The notes beneath the pieces were generated by a model. It was not told where the DNA came from, ran no database searches, and saw only the letters and a program-made list of their open reading frames with translations. A DNA stretch of 64,000 nucleotides, from positions 150,538-214,537 of the forward strand of contig JAJXYN010000009.1 in the NCBI GenBank assembly GCA_021780535.1, written 5' to 3'. The position numbers and the translations under genes were made by a program. This document shows positions 1 to 12,324 of the stretch, one piece after another; the stretch's first letter is position 1, and each line of letters starts with the position of its first letter. The stretch comes from a bacterium (GTDB taxonomy: Bacteria; Patescibacteriota; Patescibacteriia; JAGPKW01).

Positions 1-687
1 GAAAAGAAAATAGGAATTTCTTTCAAAAATAAAAAAACACTTAAAAATGCTCTTATCCATAGATCATTTCTAAATGAAAAACCTGATTTTGAATTACCAA
101 GTAATGAAAGATTAGAATTTCTTGGTGATGCTGTTTTAGAATTAATAGTAACAGAGTTCCTATTTAAACATCAAAAAGAAGAAGAAGGTGTTTTGACAAG
201 TTTTAGAGCTAGTTTGGTCAATACTGAGATGCTAAGCAAGGTTGCTAATGAACTAGACATAACAAAATATCTTTATTTAAGCAAAGGTGAAAAAAGTGAT
301 ATTTATTCTAAATCTAAAAAAAGTATATTAGCTGATTCTTGTGAAGCGATAATAGGAGCCATATATCTAGATCAAGGATTTGCAAAAGCTAAAAAATTTA
401 TACAAGATAATTTATTAATTCATTTTAATGAAATATTAGAAAGTAAATCTTACATAGATTTTAAAACCTTTTTTCAAGAGGTTGCTCAAGAAAAAATAGG
501 CATAACACCAACATATAAAGTATTAGAAGAATCTGGTCCTGATCATGATAAAATATTTAAAATTGCATTATATATAGGTGATGAAGAAATATCTATAGGG
601 GTTGGTAAAAATAAACAAAAAGCTCAAGAAGATGCCGCTAAAAATGGTATAGATAAAAAAAGCTGGTGGAATGAAATAAAAAAATAA
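1..687 (+). CDS. rnc: Ribonuclease III (5' end lies outside window)
   Basis: Frame 1 is open from base 1. The RNase III catalytic signature ERLEFLGDAVLELIV is present, followed by a C-terminal dsRNA-binding domain (GPDHDKIFKIALYIGDEEISIGVGKNKQKAQEDAA). Confidence 0.9.
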   Translation, partial: EKKIGISFKNKKTLKNALIHRSFLNEKPDFELPSNERLEFLGDAVLELIVTEFLFKHQKEEEGVLTSFRASLVNTEMLSKVANELDITKYLYLSKGEKSDIYSKSKKSILADSCEAIIGAIYLDQGFAKAKKFIQDNLLIHFNEILESKSYIDFKTFFQEVAQEKIGITPTYKVLEESGPDHDKIFKIALYIGDEEISIGVGKNKQKAQEDAAKNGIDKKSWWNEIKK

Positions 688-693
688 AAAAGA

Positions 694-726
694 AAGTCGA
701 AACCATAAATGGAATCGACTTTTTTG
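694..726 (+). terminator. Putative rho-independent terminator after rnc
   Basis: Inverted repeat agtcga...tcgact (694-720) followed by a T-run at 721-725. Confidence 0.4.
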
Positions 727-741
727 TTTGACATTTTATTA

Positions 742-1218
742 TTATATAACACAATTCTCTAGAAATTTATTCTTACAAGACAATACCACAAATTTTTTAT
801 CATCATAACTAAAAACTTCAAATGTTTTAGATATTATATTTTCTGGCTCTTCGTACACGCCAAATAAATTCTCAATTTCTTTTTTATACACATCAAATTC
901 TGCTTCAAACAATATAAAAATATCCCCATCATCTATACCTAACAAAACACTATCGTTGTGTTCATAGACCAAAAATACATATCTTGGTATAGGATTACTC
1001 ATATCCTCTTTTTTCTCAAAACAAAACACTTTCTTACGAGCAAAACTAACAATTTCATCATTAAATTCTTTTTTTGGAATAGTTATTGTTTCTAAATGTA
1101 ATTGTTGAAATATTTCTTTTGAGGGGAAAAAATTGTAAGAAGATGATTTTTCTTTTATTTTTTTAAAACCATCTAAAAGCTCCATAAAATTAACAACAAT
1201 AATACCAATAAATTTCAT
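742..1218 (-). CDS. Hypothetical protein (ORF track gives 742..1323; internal Met with SD preferred as start)
   Basis: Open frame with no recognisable motifs. An internal ATG (MKFIGII...) is preceded by GGAGG at 5-nt spacing. The upstream extension runs right up to the 5S rRNA gene, so the shorter start is more plausible. Start coordinate is approximate to within 1 nt. Confidence 0.45.
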   Translation of the reverse strand: MKFIGIIVVNFMELLDGFKKIKEKSSSYNFFPSKEIFQQLHLETITIPKKEFNDEIVSFARKKVFCFEKKEDMSNPIPRYVFLVYEHNDSVLLGIDDGDIFILFEAEFDVYKKEIENLFGVYEEPENIISKTFEVFSYDDKKFVVLSCKNKFLENCVI

Positions 1219-1325
1219 AAAGACCTCCAAATATAATTGCAGACATTGTTCAAACATAAGACTACAATAATATGTATTTTTTGTAAAATAAAAAACACCC
1301 AAAAAGGGTGGAAAGAAGAACATTG

Positions 1326-1434
<109 letters not shown>

Positions 1435-1567
1435 CAATATTCTTCTTTAGTTTTTCAGTTATAGAAGACTTATAGACTTAAAATTAAATAGAGATTTAGA
1501 ATATATTTTAAAATTTGCTTGTAGCGTCTCAATATTAACCAATATATTGAATTTCATCATTATTGTG

Positions 1568-4534
<2,967 letters not shown>

Positions 4535-4949
4535 ACAAGAATAACGAAATTCTTGTTAATTCTCTCGAATGTTAAAAAACATATTTAAGTAACAATATAT
4601 GAGAAATTACATATATTAATTAATACTCTTTATACTCGCTTTTTCATAGGCAGACTTAATACCTATGAAAAAATATTCTAAATTCACTCTCTATTTAATT
4701 TTTAATCTACAAATCTTTAACAACTGAGTTTAGGCTAAAATATTTTTTAGACTATGTCAAATGTTAAATTTTATGACAATAAAAAATAACCCGTGGCATT
4801 TATTATTATAAATTGTGGTAATAATAGCAAATGCTTAGAGGTTATTAAATAAAACTTGGAACTATATAACTTAAGCGTTCTAATTTTTCTCCCTACTTCT
4901 TCTTTTTTCTTATTTTTGGATGTTAACTATTATAGTTCATAAAAAAAAA

Positions 4950-6170
4950 TTAGTCAATACCCCATTTGTTTATTATGTTATTAATATCAATTTCTGGCTT
5001 TTTTTTGCTTAAATTTTTAATTGCTTGCGATAAAACTACTTCATATAATAATTTTCCTCTTTGATTTGTTTTTTCTGATATCATTATTTTATTTATCTTG
5101 ATTATCATTTTTTCAGCCTCTTCTGATATTTTTTTAAATTGGATATCTTCATTATCTGAACTCTCAATAACTTTTAATATTATAGCTTTAATGTTATTTA
5201 TTTTTTTTGTAAACGAAGCATAACCGTCAAAAATATTTTTTGCCATGCTATTATTTTCTGATTCTTTATATAATTTCATTAAAAAAAATATTTTTGAAGC
5301 CTTTTTTTGATAATCAGATCTTATGTCTGCTAATTCTACTAATATTTCTCTTTTTTCTTCTATTGTTAGCGGACTTCTATTTTCTATATTATTATTTTCT
5401 AATTCTTTTTGAAATTTTTCTTCTATTTCTATAAGTTCTCCATCATTAGAATATCCAATATCTATATGAAAAAACAATTTATTTAAAATATTAAAATTAC
5501 TGTCAAATTTAAAATTATTAAAATTTGATGCTATTTTGTCTATTATATCTTTTGTTTTTATTGCTTTATTTTTAAATTCATTTACCGTCCCTTCTATTAT
5601 TTTTGATGAAGCATATATAGTCTGATCCCCACCACGGTGCCCACCTATTTCATTAAAATAATTTAAATACATTAAATCTATAAAAACAACTTCTACTCCA
5701 ATATTTCTATCTATAACTACTACGAATTCATCTCCACCATATCTATATGCTTCTATTCCATTTATATTTGAGCTGTTGGATTTTTCTATGTTTTCTCTTT
5801 TTATTATTAAATTTGTAAGGTGATGATAACAGAGTTTTTTAATTTGTAGCCCACTGACTTCATCTAATGATAATTTTTTAATTGTTTTTTCAATTTCACC
5901 TAAAAAAACTTTTAATCTAAAAGAATATTTTCCATTTTCTTCAAAAAAAGTTTTTATAAGATTCCTATATTCTTTTGTATTTTTATTGCTACTAATAAAT
6001 TCTTCAAGTTCGCTAAAAGCTTCAAACGCTTCTAGTGTAAATTCACGCATTCTTTCTGATTTATTATAAAACTCTGATATATCAGATTCTATTTGTTTTA
6101 TATCCATTATCTGATCTTTCTTCTCATCTTCTGTTCTTTCTGTTTTTTTTGAATTATTAAATAAGATCAT
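4950..6170 (-). CDS. GGDEF-like palm-domain protein with atypical motif order
   Basis: Contains YRYGGDEFVVVI, followed about 15 aa later by IDLMYLNYFNEIGGHRGGD, which resembles the DxD..FK.iND..GH..GD block that normally precedes GGDEF. N- and C-terminal regions are unassigned. Confidence 0.5.
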   Translation of the reverse strand: MILFNNSKKTERTEDEKKDQIMDIKQIESDISEFYNKSERMREFTLEAFEAFSELEEFISSNKNTKEYRNLIKTFFEENGKYSFRLKVFLGEIEKTIKKLSLDEVSGLQIKKLCYHHLTNLIIKRENIEKSNSSNINGIEAYRYGGDEFVVVIDRNIGVEVVFIDLMYLNYFNEIGGHRGGDQTIYASSKIIEGTVNEFKNKAIKTKDIIDKIASNFNNFKFDSNFNILNKLFFHIDIGYSNDGELIEIEEKFQKELENNNIENRSPLTIEEKREILVELADIRSDYQKKASKIFFLMKLYKESENNSMAKNIFDGYASFTKKINNIKAIILKVIESSDNEDIQFKKISEEAEKMIIKINKIMISEKTNQRGKLLYEVVLSQAIKNLSKKKPEIDINNIINKWGID

Positions 6171-6258
6171 TTTTTAAACTTTTATTTTTATTGTAATAAG
6201 ATTATATCACAAGACCAAAAGAAAAAAAAGAAAAAAATAGAGATGTTAATTATCATCT

Positions 6259-7110
6259 CTATTTTCCTATTGTTAATTTTGCTACTTTTATTGCTGATTC
6301 TTTTGTTTTTGTGCTCGCTATAAACCCATTAGCATGACAGAAAAGAAAATCTTTAATACCAGTTAATTCAAATAACTTTTCTGCTGATTCACCTCTCCAA
6401 TCTTCTTTTAGCTCAACCCTACTTTCAAATGAGTTTAGTTCTTTTGGAATCATTCTTATCATCCATTTTTCTTTATTTTTTTCTGGATAAATTATTATAA
6501 GATTTTCTGTTTTTACAGTTTCTTCTTGCCAATTACAATAAACATCTAAGATTATAATCTTATCAACGGCTTCTTTAATTGCTTTATCTACTATTTCTTT
6601 TGAAAGCAAAATTGCTTTTTCTTTTTCTATTCTTCTTAATATTATTGCTTCGGCAATTTTTACAATTTTTATAAATTCTTTATCATAATTTATATTTTCA
6701 TTCCAATTAGGATTAAATAATCCAAAAATTTCTGGGATTGATATTTTTAAATTATTATTGTCAGGGTTATAACCATTGTCTATTGCATCTATATATTTAA
6801 TAAAATTTTCATCTATCCTATTAACAATTTCTTCTGATCCACACAATTTAATACCAAATTTTTTCCAAATCAAACCAAAAGCTGCATAAGGGTAGCCATC
6901 TTTTCTAGCACCAGCATTATTATATTGATGATGATCAAAATATTTTTCTCCATCATATTTTCCACTAACATCAAAAACTATATCTCCTTTTTCAAAATAT
7001 TGTTCTTCTCTTGTTCTTTTTATTTTTGCAAATTTAAATATTAGTTTTAAAGTAGCCGCTGAGAATATATCGTCTGCATGAAATGAATTGTTGTGAGTTA
7101 CAAGAAGCAT
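6259..7110 (-). CDS. MYG1/UPF0160 family metal-dependent hydrolase
   Basis: N-terminal THNNSFHADD motif (family consensus HNGxFHxDE) and overall length typical of the family. Confidence 0.65.
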   Translation of the reverse strand: MLLVTHNNSFHADDIFSAATLKLIFKFAKIKRTREEQYFEKGDIVFDVSGKYDGEKYFDHHQYNNAGARKDGYPYAAFGLIWKKFGIKLCGSEEIVNRIDENFIKYIDAIDNGYNPDNNNLKISIPEIFGLFNPNWNENINYDKEFIKIVKIAEAIILRRIEKEKAILLSKEIVDKAIKEAVDKIIILDVYCNWQEETVKTENLIIIYPEKNKEKWMIRMIPKELNSFESRVELKEDWRGESAEKLFELTGIKDFLFCHANGFIASTKTKESAIKVAKLTIGK

Positions 7111-7178
7111 AATATAAAAACTAAAAAATTAAAAACTAAAAATTTAAAAACAATTTTAAATATCAAATTTTAAATTAT

Positions 7179-8516
7179 TTAATATTCTATCATATATTTT
7201 GTTTTATCACCTTCTATTCCTAAAAACAAGAAGAAAATTATCAAACCAAAAGTTAGTGTTATTATGAAATGATCTAATATCCCAAACAATAAAATAGCTA
7301 TAAACGGTATCATTATTTTCACTTCTTTATTTACTATTAATTTAAATATTATCAACCCAATAAATGCTAATAAACCAAATATGCCAGTTTCTAAAAATAT
7401 TAATAAATATATATCATGAATTGGTTGTAAATCCCATGTATTTAAATTTTTGTTTTGATTATATTTATAAATTGTATAATTTCCAATTCCAACTCCTGTT
7501 AAATATTTTTGTTCAATATAATTCTTGAAATCTTTTAATTGGCCCAGCCTTTCATTTGTTGATTTTGTAACTAATCTATTATTTACATCTGTTCTTGATG
7601 CTAATAAATCAGATGCTGGTAAAGATGTTGATAATATTATGAATATTAAAACTATAAATATACTTAAATTATAATTTATTTTTTTGTTTATAATATCCTT
7701 ATTTTTTATATGTATAAATATTTCATACATTAGGAATAATATAAATGAAATTATAAATATAAATATTGCTGTTCTTGAAAATGTAAAAATTAACCCAATA
7801 AAATTTATTCCAAAAGCATATATTAGATATATCATCTTAAAATCTATCCTACTTGTTTCTAATAAATTTTTTTCTTTTTTGTGCTCTAAGATCTTAAATA
7901 ATATAAAAATTAATCCAATTAATAAAAATAAACCAAGCATATTAGGATGAGGAAATAAGCCATAACTTTTTAATATTCTTCCAAAACCTCCTTCTATAAC
8001 ATATGTACCTAGATTAAACGGGAGCTGTTCCGATACACCAATATATTTATTAGCTGATATTGATTGCATTATAAATTGGTATATTGATATAAATCCTTGA
8101 ATACTTGAACTTAATATAAAAGAACTTATAAACCATTCCATTTTTATTTTATTTATGAAAATAATAAATGAAAATGATGAAAATATTAATATTTTTATAA
8201 AATTATACACTGCAACTGTCTTGTCTGGAGCAAAAAATATTGAAATAAATATTGAAATATTAAATAACGATAATAATAAAATAAATATTTTTGACTTTTT
8301 GTCTATTATTGTTTTGTTTTTTATTGAATATATTATCCCATACGCTATAAAAAATATAATTAATATATCTATCACATATAATGATATAGAGCCATACTCA
8401 AAAAAATTATTATTTATATTCTGTATCATTAAAAAATATCTTGTTTGTATTGGCAACAAAACTACTATTATAAGAAATAATATATTAAAAATTTTTGTTG
8501 TAAAAATGTTTTTCAT
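7179..8516 (-). CDS. O-antigen ligase (Wzy_C)-like polytopic membrane protein
   Basis: About 10 predicted TM helices, a large periplasmic loop, and an FSRTAIF motif typical of the O-antigen ligase/Wzy_C domain. Confidence 0.55.
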   Translation of the reverse strand: MKNIFTTKIFNILFLIIVVLLPIQTRYFLMIQNINNNFFEYGSISLYVIDILIIFFIAYGIIYSIKNKTIIDKKSKIFILLLSLFNISIFISIFFAPDKTVAVYNFIKILIFSSFSFIIFINKIKMEWFISSFILSSSIQGFISIYQFIMQSISANKYIGVSEQLPFNLGTYVIEGGFGRILKSYGLFPHPNMLGLFLLIGLIFILFKILEHKKEKNLLETSRIDFKMIYLIYAFGINFIGLIFTFSRTAIFIFIISFILFLMYEIFIHIKNKDIINKKINYNLSIFIVLIFIILSTSLPASDLLASRTDVNNRLVTKSTNERLGQLKDFKNYIEQKYLTGVGIGNYTIYKYNQNKNLNTWDLQPIHDIYLLIFLETGIFGLLAFIGLIIFKLIVNKEVKIMIPFIAILLFGILDHFIITLTFGLIIFFLFLGIEGDKTKYMIEY

Positions 8517-9446
8517 TTATTTTATTCTTTCTAAGAAAATATTGTTATAAATTCTTCTGTTATCATTGTCGTGTAATTTTATTATCAAATCATCTACCAT
8601 TACATCTTCTGAATTATTTTTTTGTATTTTATCTTTTATACTTTGTGGGAAGATTTTGATTTCTATAATTTTAAAAAATTTCTCCAATATATTAATAGAG
8701 AATATTTTACTAATTTTTCTAGCTATTTTTTTATAAATATTATTTTGCACTATTCTTTTATATCCCATTTTATGTCCAAAAATATTTGGTAAATATTCTT
8801 TTATCCAATTGTTTTCATTAATAAATTTCTGATAGATATTACTTGGATCAAATATTGGAACGGCTTGACTTACCCAATACAAAAAATGAGCATCTTTTTT
8901 TGAACAAACTTTTTGTAAATTTAGATCTTTTTGATCAACAAAAATACTTAAACAAATTTTATCTTTTTTTGTTTTTTCTGTTGGTCTTAAACCTAAAATT
9001 TTGGCTATAAATGCTGATATAAATCTTGATGCCCATATTTTATTTTTTCTAGATATTATAAACAAATCTATATCACTTTCATTTCTGGAATTATCTATGG
9101 ACATATTGTTTGATATAAATATTGATTTAAAACATGAAAAATTTGAAATTAGTTTTACAAACTTAATCCCTTTTTTATACTTATTATAAGATGTTATGTA
9201 GTTACTTTTTCTTTTGTTTATTATTTCTTCTCTATTTTTTAAAAAATAAAATGATTCTTTTTTTTCTATTTTACTTTTTATTAACTCCCTTGTTTCTAAT
9301 GTATTTATAATTTCTTTTAAACTACAACTTTCTTTTGAATATAAATTTTTCCATATTTCAAAACTTGTTAAAGGAAAATCAAAAATATCGAAGTAAATAA
9401 TAGTACTAAGTATATCTTTTTCTAAATTGGTAATTTTATCAGACAA
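8517..9446 (-). CDS. Nucleotidyltransferase-domain protein
   Basis: Central NESDIDLFIISRK matches the Pol-beta-type nucleotidyltransferase motif (SDIDLhh). The rest is unassigned. Confidence 0.45.
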   Translation of the reverse strand: MSDKITNLEKDILSTIIYFDIFDFPLTSFEIWKNLYSKESCSLKEIINTLETRELIKSKIEKKESFYFLKNREEIINKRKSNYITSYNKYKKGIKFVKLISNFSCFKSIFISNNMSIDNSRNESDIDLFIISRKNKIWASRFISAFIAKILGLRPTEKTKKDKICLSIFVDQKDLNLQKVCSKKDAHFLYWVSQAVPIFDPSNIYQKFINENNWIKEYLPNIFGHKMGYKRIVQNNIYKKIARKISKIFSINILEKFFKIIEIKIFPQSIKDKIQKNNSEDVMVDDLIIKLHDNDNRRIYNNIFLERIK

Positions 9447-9641
9447 TTTGGCTTGAATTTAAAATTTAAATTAAAAACTGAAAAAACCAAAATTTAAAAC
9501 AAAGCTAAAAACTAAATTTTAAAACGAAATTCAAATTAAGTGTGTTTTAATTTTTGATTTTAAAATTTGAATTTGTTTTGGTTTTTGGTTTTTTTAGTTT
9601 TAAAATTTTATCTAAACCTTCTTTTGGCGACATTTTATCAT

Positions 9642-9683
9642 AAAAAAAAGAAGGCTGCCTTGTGTATAACTTACAGCCTTCTT
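9642..9683 (-). terminator. Rho-independent terminator downstream of the 9717..10826 gene
   Basis: 10-bp perfect inverted repeat aagaaggctg / cagccttctt with a 16-nt loop. On the minus strand it is followed by a run of eight T. Confidence 0.6.
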
Positions 9684-9716
9684 ATAAATCTCTAAATCTC
9701 CAAAAATTTAGTTATT

Positions 9717-10826
9717 TTATTTATTTTCATTATCTTTTTGATCTTTATCATCTTCATCTTCCTCAAAAAGATTGTCTATGAATTTTTTTACTTTTTCTTT
9801 GTTTTCTGAAATTAGCCAAAATATAAGTAATATTATAGCTAATATGAGTAATATTACCCCTATTAAAATTGACTTATCTTGTTTTTCTTTCTGATTTGGC
9901 AAATTATTACTTGTCTTCTTGTTTTCTTTTATGTTTGTCTTTGCAGAATTTGTTTTATTTATAGATGAATTTACGTCTGCTTTTTTAACATTTTCCTTAC
10001 TAGTATTTTTTGTTTCTGTATTATTACTTTCTGTTTTAGTTGTTGAATCTTTTTTTATTTCTTGCGTTGGTAAATTCTGTTTTATATTTACGGCGAAATA
10101 TATTATTTTTGATTTAGAAACTATATTTGTATCTTTTGTATAACTTAATATGTATGCTTTATGGTTTCCATTTTTTAAGCCTTTAACTGCTAAAGCAAAA
10201 TAAGAAGAAGATTTTGTTCCGTATAATGAATCTATAAATCTTACTTTTTTATCATCAACATATACTTCTATTTTATTCCCAGTATTACCATAACCTCTTA
10301 TAACGTATATAGATGGATCATCTGCGTAATAATATGGCGTCAAAATATCTGGCGTTGAATATCCGCTTACTACGTTAAATTCTACTATTCCACTAGATCC
10401 ATAATCTTTACCATCTTTAAACGATACAAATTGAACATTGTGTTTTCCTAGGGTTAATTTTTGTATTGGCTCATAATAAAATCCTGAAATGCCTGTTTTA
10501 CTTGGCCAAACATTTAAAGTTGTTCTATATTTTCCATCTATATAAACTTTTATATTATAACCAGATTTAACTTCTCCTCTTATTATCTGTCCGCCATCTA
10601 AATTTTCATTCGATTTTGGGCTAGTTACTGTAGGAATAATTGAATCTACTGGTTTTTCATTTTCTACTTTTAATATTGGAATAATCCCTATATTGTTAAT
10701 TTTTGTTTCATTTGAAAAAGGAGCTACGTCAACAATGATATTTTCTGCAAAAACTTGGCTTGTGCTAAATAAAGAAAAAACGAAAACGAAAACAAGAAAA
10801 GCAATAATTTTATTATTTTTATTCAT
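9717..10826 (-). CDS. Secreted, C-terminally membrane-anchored repeat protein
   Basis: N-terminal signal peptide (MNKNNKIIAFLVFVFVFSLFSTSQVFA). Two internal repeats (IRGEVKSGYNIKVYIDGKY and IRGYGNTGNKIEVYVDDKK). Polar S/T/N/K-rich stalk. A single C-terminal TM helix followed by an acidic tail. Confidence 0.55.
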   Translation of the reverse strand: MNKNNKIIAFLVFVFVFSLFSTSQVFAENIIVDVAPFSNETKINNIGIIPILKVENEKPVDSIIPTVTSPKSNENLDGGQIIRGEVKSGYNIKVYIDGKYRTTLNVWPSKTGISGFYYEPIQKLTLGKHNVQFVSFKDGKDYGSSGIVEFNVVSGYSTPDILTPYYYADDPSIYVIRGYGNTGNKIEVYVDDKKVRFIDSLYGTKSSSYFALAVKGLKNGNHKAYILSYTKDTNIVSKSKIIYFAVNIKQNLPTQEIKKDSTTKTESNNTETKNTSKENVKKADVNSSINKTNSAKTNIKENKKTSNNLPNQKEKQDKSILIGVILLILAIILLIFWLISENKEKVKKFIDNLFEEDEDDKDQKDNENK

Positions 10827-11096
10827 AAAAATATAAATAAATTGCTTAACTAACGACCTTTCTCCTTGTAGATGTTGAGCCCGCCGTCGCTAACGCTAAG
10901 GCGAACGAGAAAATGAGAAGATGAGATTTAATACTCAACTTCTTAATTTCTTAACTTTTTGCTTTTAAAGTACAAAGTTTGAATTTCAACCTTATAATCC
11001 AGTGCTGACAATATTATTCATTCTGCACTACATTACAATATTTATAATCGTTTAGCAATGCAGTTATACACAGATTTTTATTTTATTAAAAAATAT

Positions 11097-11406
11097 CCAC
11101 TTTTTACTTCATATAACTTAAACAATATTTAGATCCGCCTTCGTCAAGACTACGGCGAATACAATCCGCCTTTGCTAAGGCTATGGCGAATACAATCCGC
11201 CTTCGTCAAGACTACGGCGGGTAACCAGCTTTCACTAAAGTTTCAGCTGGTGAAAGAGGAGAGAGATTTTTTAAATCTCAGCTCCAAAAAATTACATGCA
11301 AATATTGATTGTGTAAGATTTATCTTACAACTATTACTACAACGTCTTTTTAAGGCGCTGAGATTTAGCAATATTGTTTTTATTTTTATATGAAGTAAAA
11401 AATGGA
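11097..11406. repeat. MITE-like element: 21-bp terminal inverted repeats enclosing three GC-rich hairpin units
   Basis: tccactttttacttcatataa (11097-11117) reappears inverted as ttatatgaagtaaaaaatgga (11386-11406). Inside are three tandem about 31-bp units tccgccttcgtcaagactacggcgaatacaa / tccgcctttgctaaggctatggcgaatacaa / tccgccttcgtcaagactacggcgg, each a ccgcc...ggcgg hairpin. Further palindromes present (ccagctttcac...gtgaaag, aatctcagc...gctgagatt). The listed ORF 11172..11393 is an artefact of this element. Confidence 0.55.
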
Positions 11407-11571
11407 TGTTAAATTAAATTATTAATTAACTTATTGATAGTCATCGTTGAGAAATTTTAAAACTGAAAAACTGAAAAATTCAAAACAATTTTTAGATACT
11501 TAATGAACGTAGTGAATATAATTATCTTATACTCTTTAGAGTATAAAACATCTAAATTTTAAAACTGAAAT

Positions 11572-12324
11572 ATGTACAAAGATGTATTTATCGAACTTGG
11601 ATTAAGCGATAATCAGGCCATTATTTATGAATATTTATTAAAAAATGGTGCTCAAACTGCAGGGAATATAATAAAAAATACCCCATTAAAAAGGGGTTTA
11701 GTTTACAATATCTTAGATGAATTATGCGAAAATAAGCTAATTACTAAAAAAATTAATAAAAATAATAAAGTTGCTGTATTTTCCCCTGAACATCCAGAAA
11801 AATTAAGAGAATATTTAGAAAACAAAGAAAAAGCCTTAGGTAAGGCTAAAAATACGCTAGAAAGCAATTTATCCTCTATTATTTCTGATTTTAATCTTGT
11901 TAGTAATAAGCCTGGGGTGAGATTTTTTGAGGGAGATGAGGGTATAAAAAAAATTGCAGAAGACATGTTAAAGTCTAAAACTCCTATATATACTTATATG
12001 GACATGAATAGTGTTAGTAAATTCATACATGATATTGATAAATATTTTGAAAAAGAAAAAATTAAAAAAGGTTTAAAACAAAAAATACTAGTAATAGATT
12101 CCAAAATAGCTCATAAAGAGACTAAAAGTCCTAATGATAAAATTACTGAAGTGAAATACATAAAAATGAAACCTTTTAAATCTATTACTGAGATATACGA
12201 CAACAAAATAGTTTTTATCAGTCTATCCGAAGACCAAAAAAGTAAAGTAAGTATAATTATAGAGGATAAACAAATATATGAAATGCAAAAATCTTTATTT
12301 GAATCTTATTGGGACATGGTTTAA
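11572..12324 (+). CDS. TrmB-family transcriptional regulator
   Basis: N-terminal winged-helix domain (LGLSDNQAIIYEYLLKNGAQTAGNIIKNTPLKRGLVYNILDEL) matches the TrmB HTH. The C-terminal effector-like domain is unassigned. Confidence 0.6.
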   Translation: MYKDVFIELGLSDNQAIIYEYLLKNGAQTAGNIIKNTPLKRGLVYNILDELCENKLITKKINKNNKVAVFSPEHPEKLREYLENKEKALGKAKNTLESNLSSIISDFNLVSNKPGVRFFEGDEGIKKIAEDMLKSKTPIYTYMDMNSVSKFIHDIDKYFEKEKIKKGLKQKILVIDSKIAHKETKSPNDKITEVKYIKMKPFKSITEIYDNKIVFISLSEDQKSKVSIIIEDKQIYEMQKSLFESYWDMV

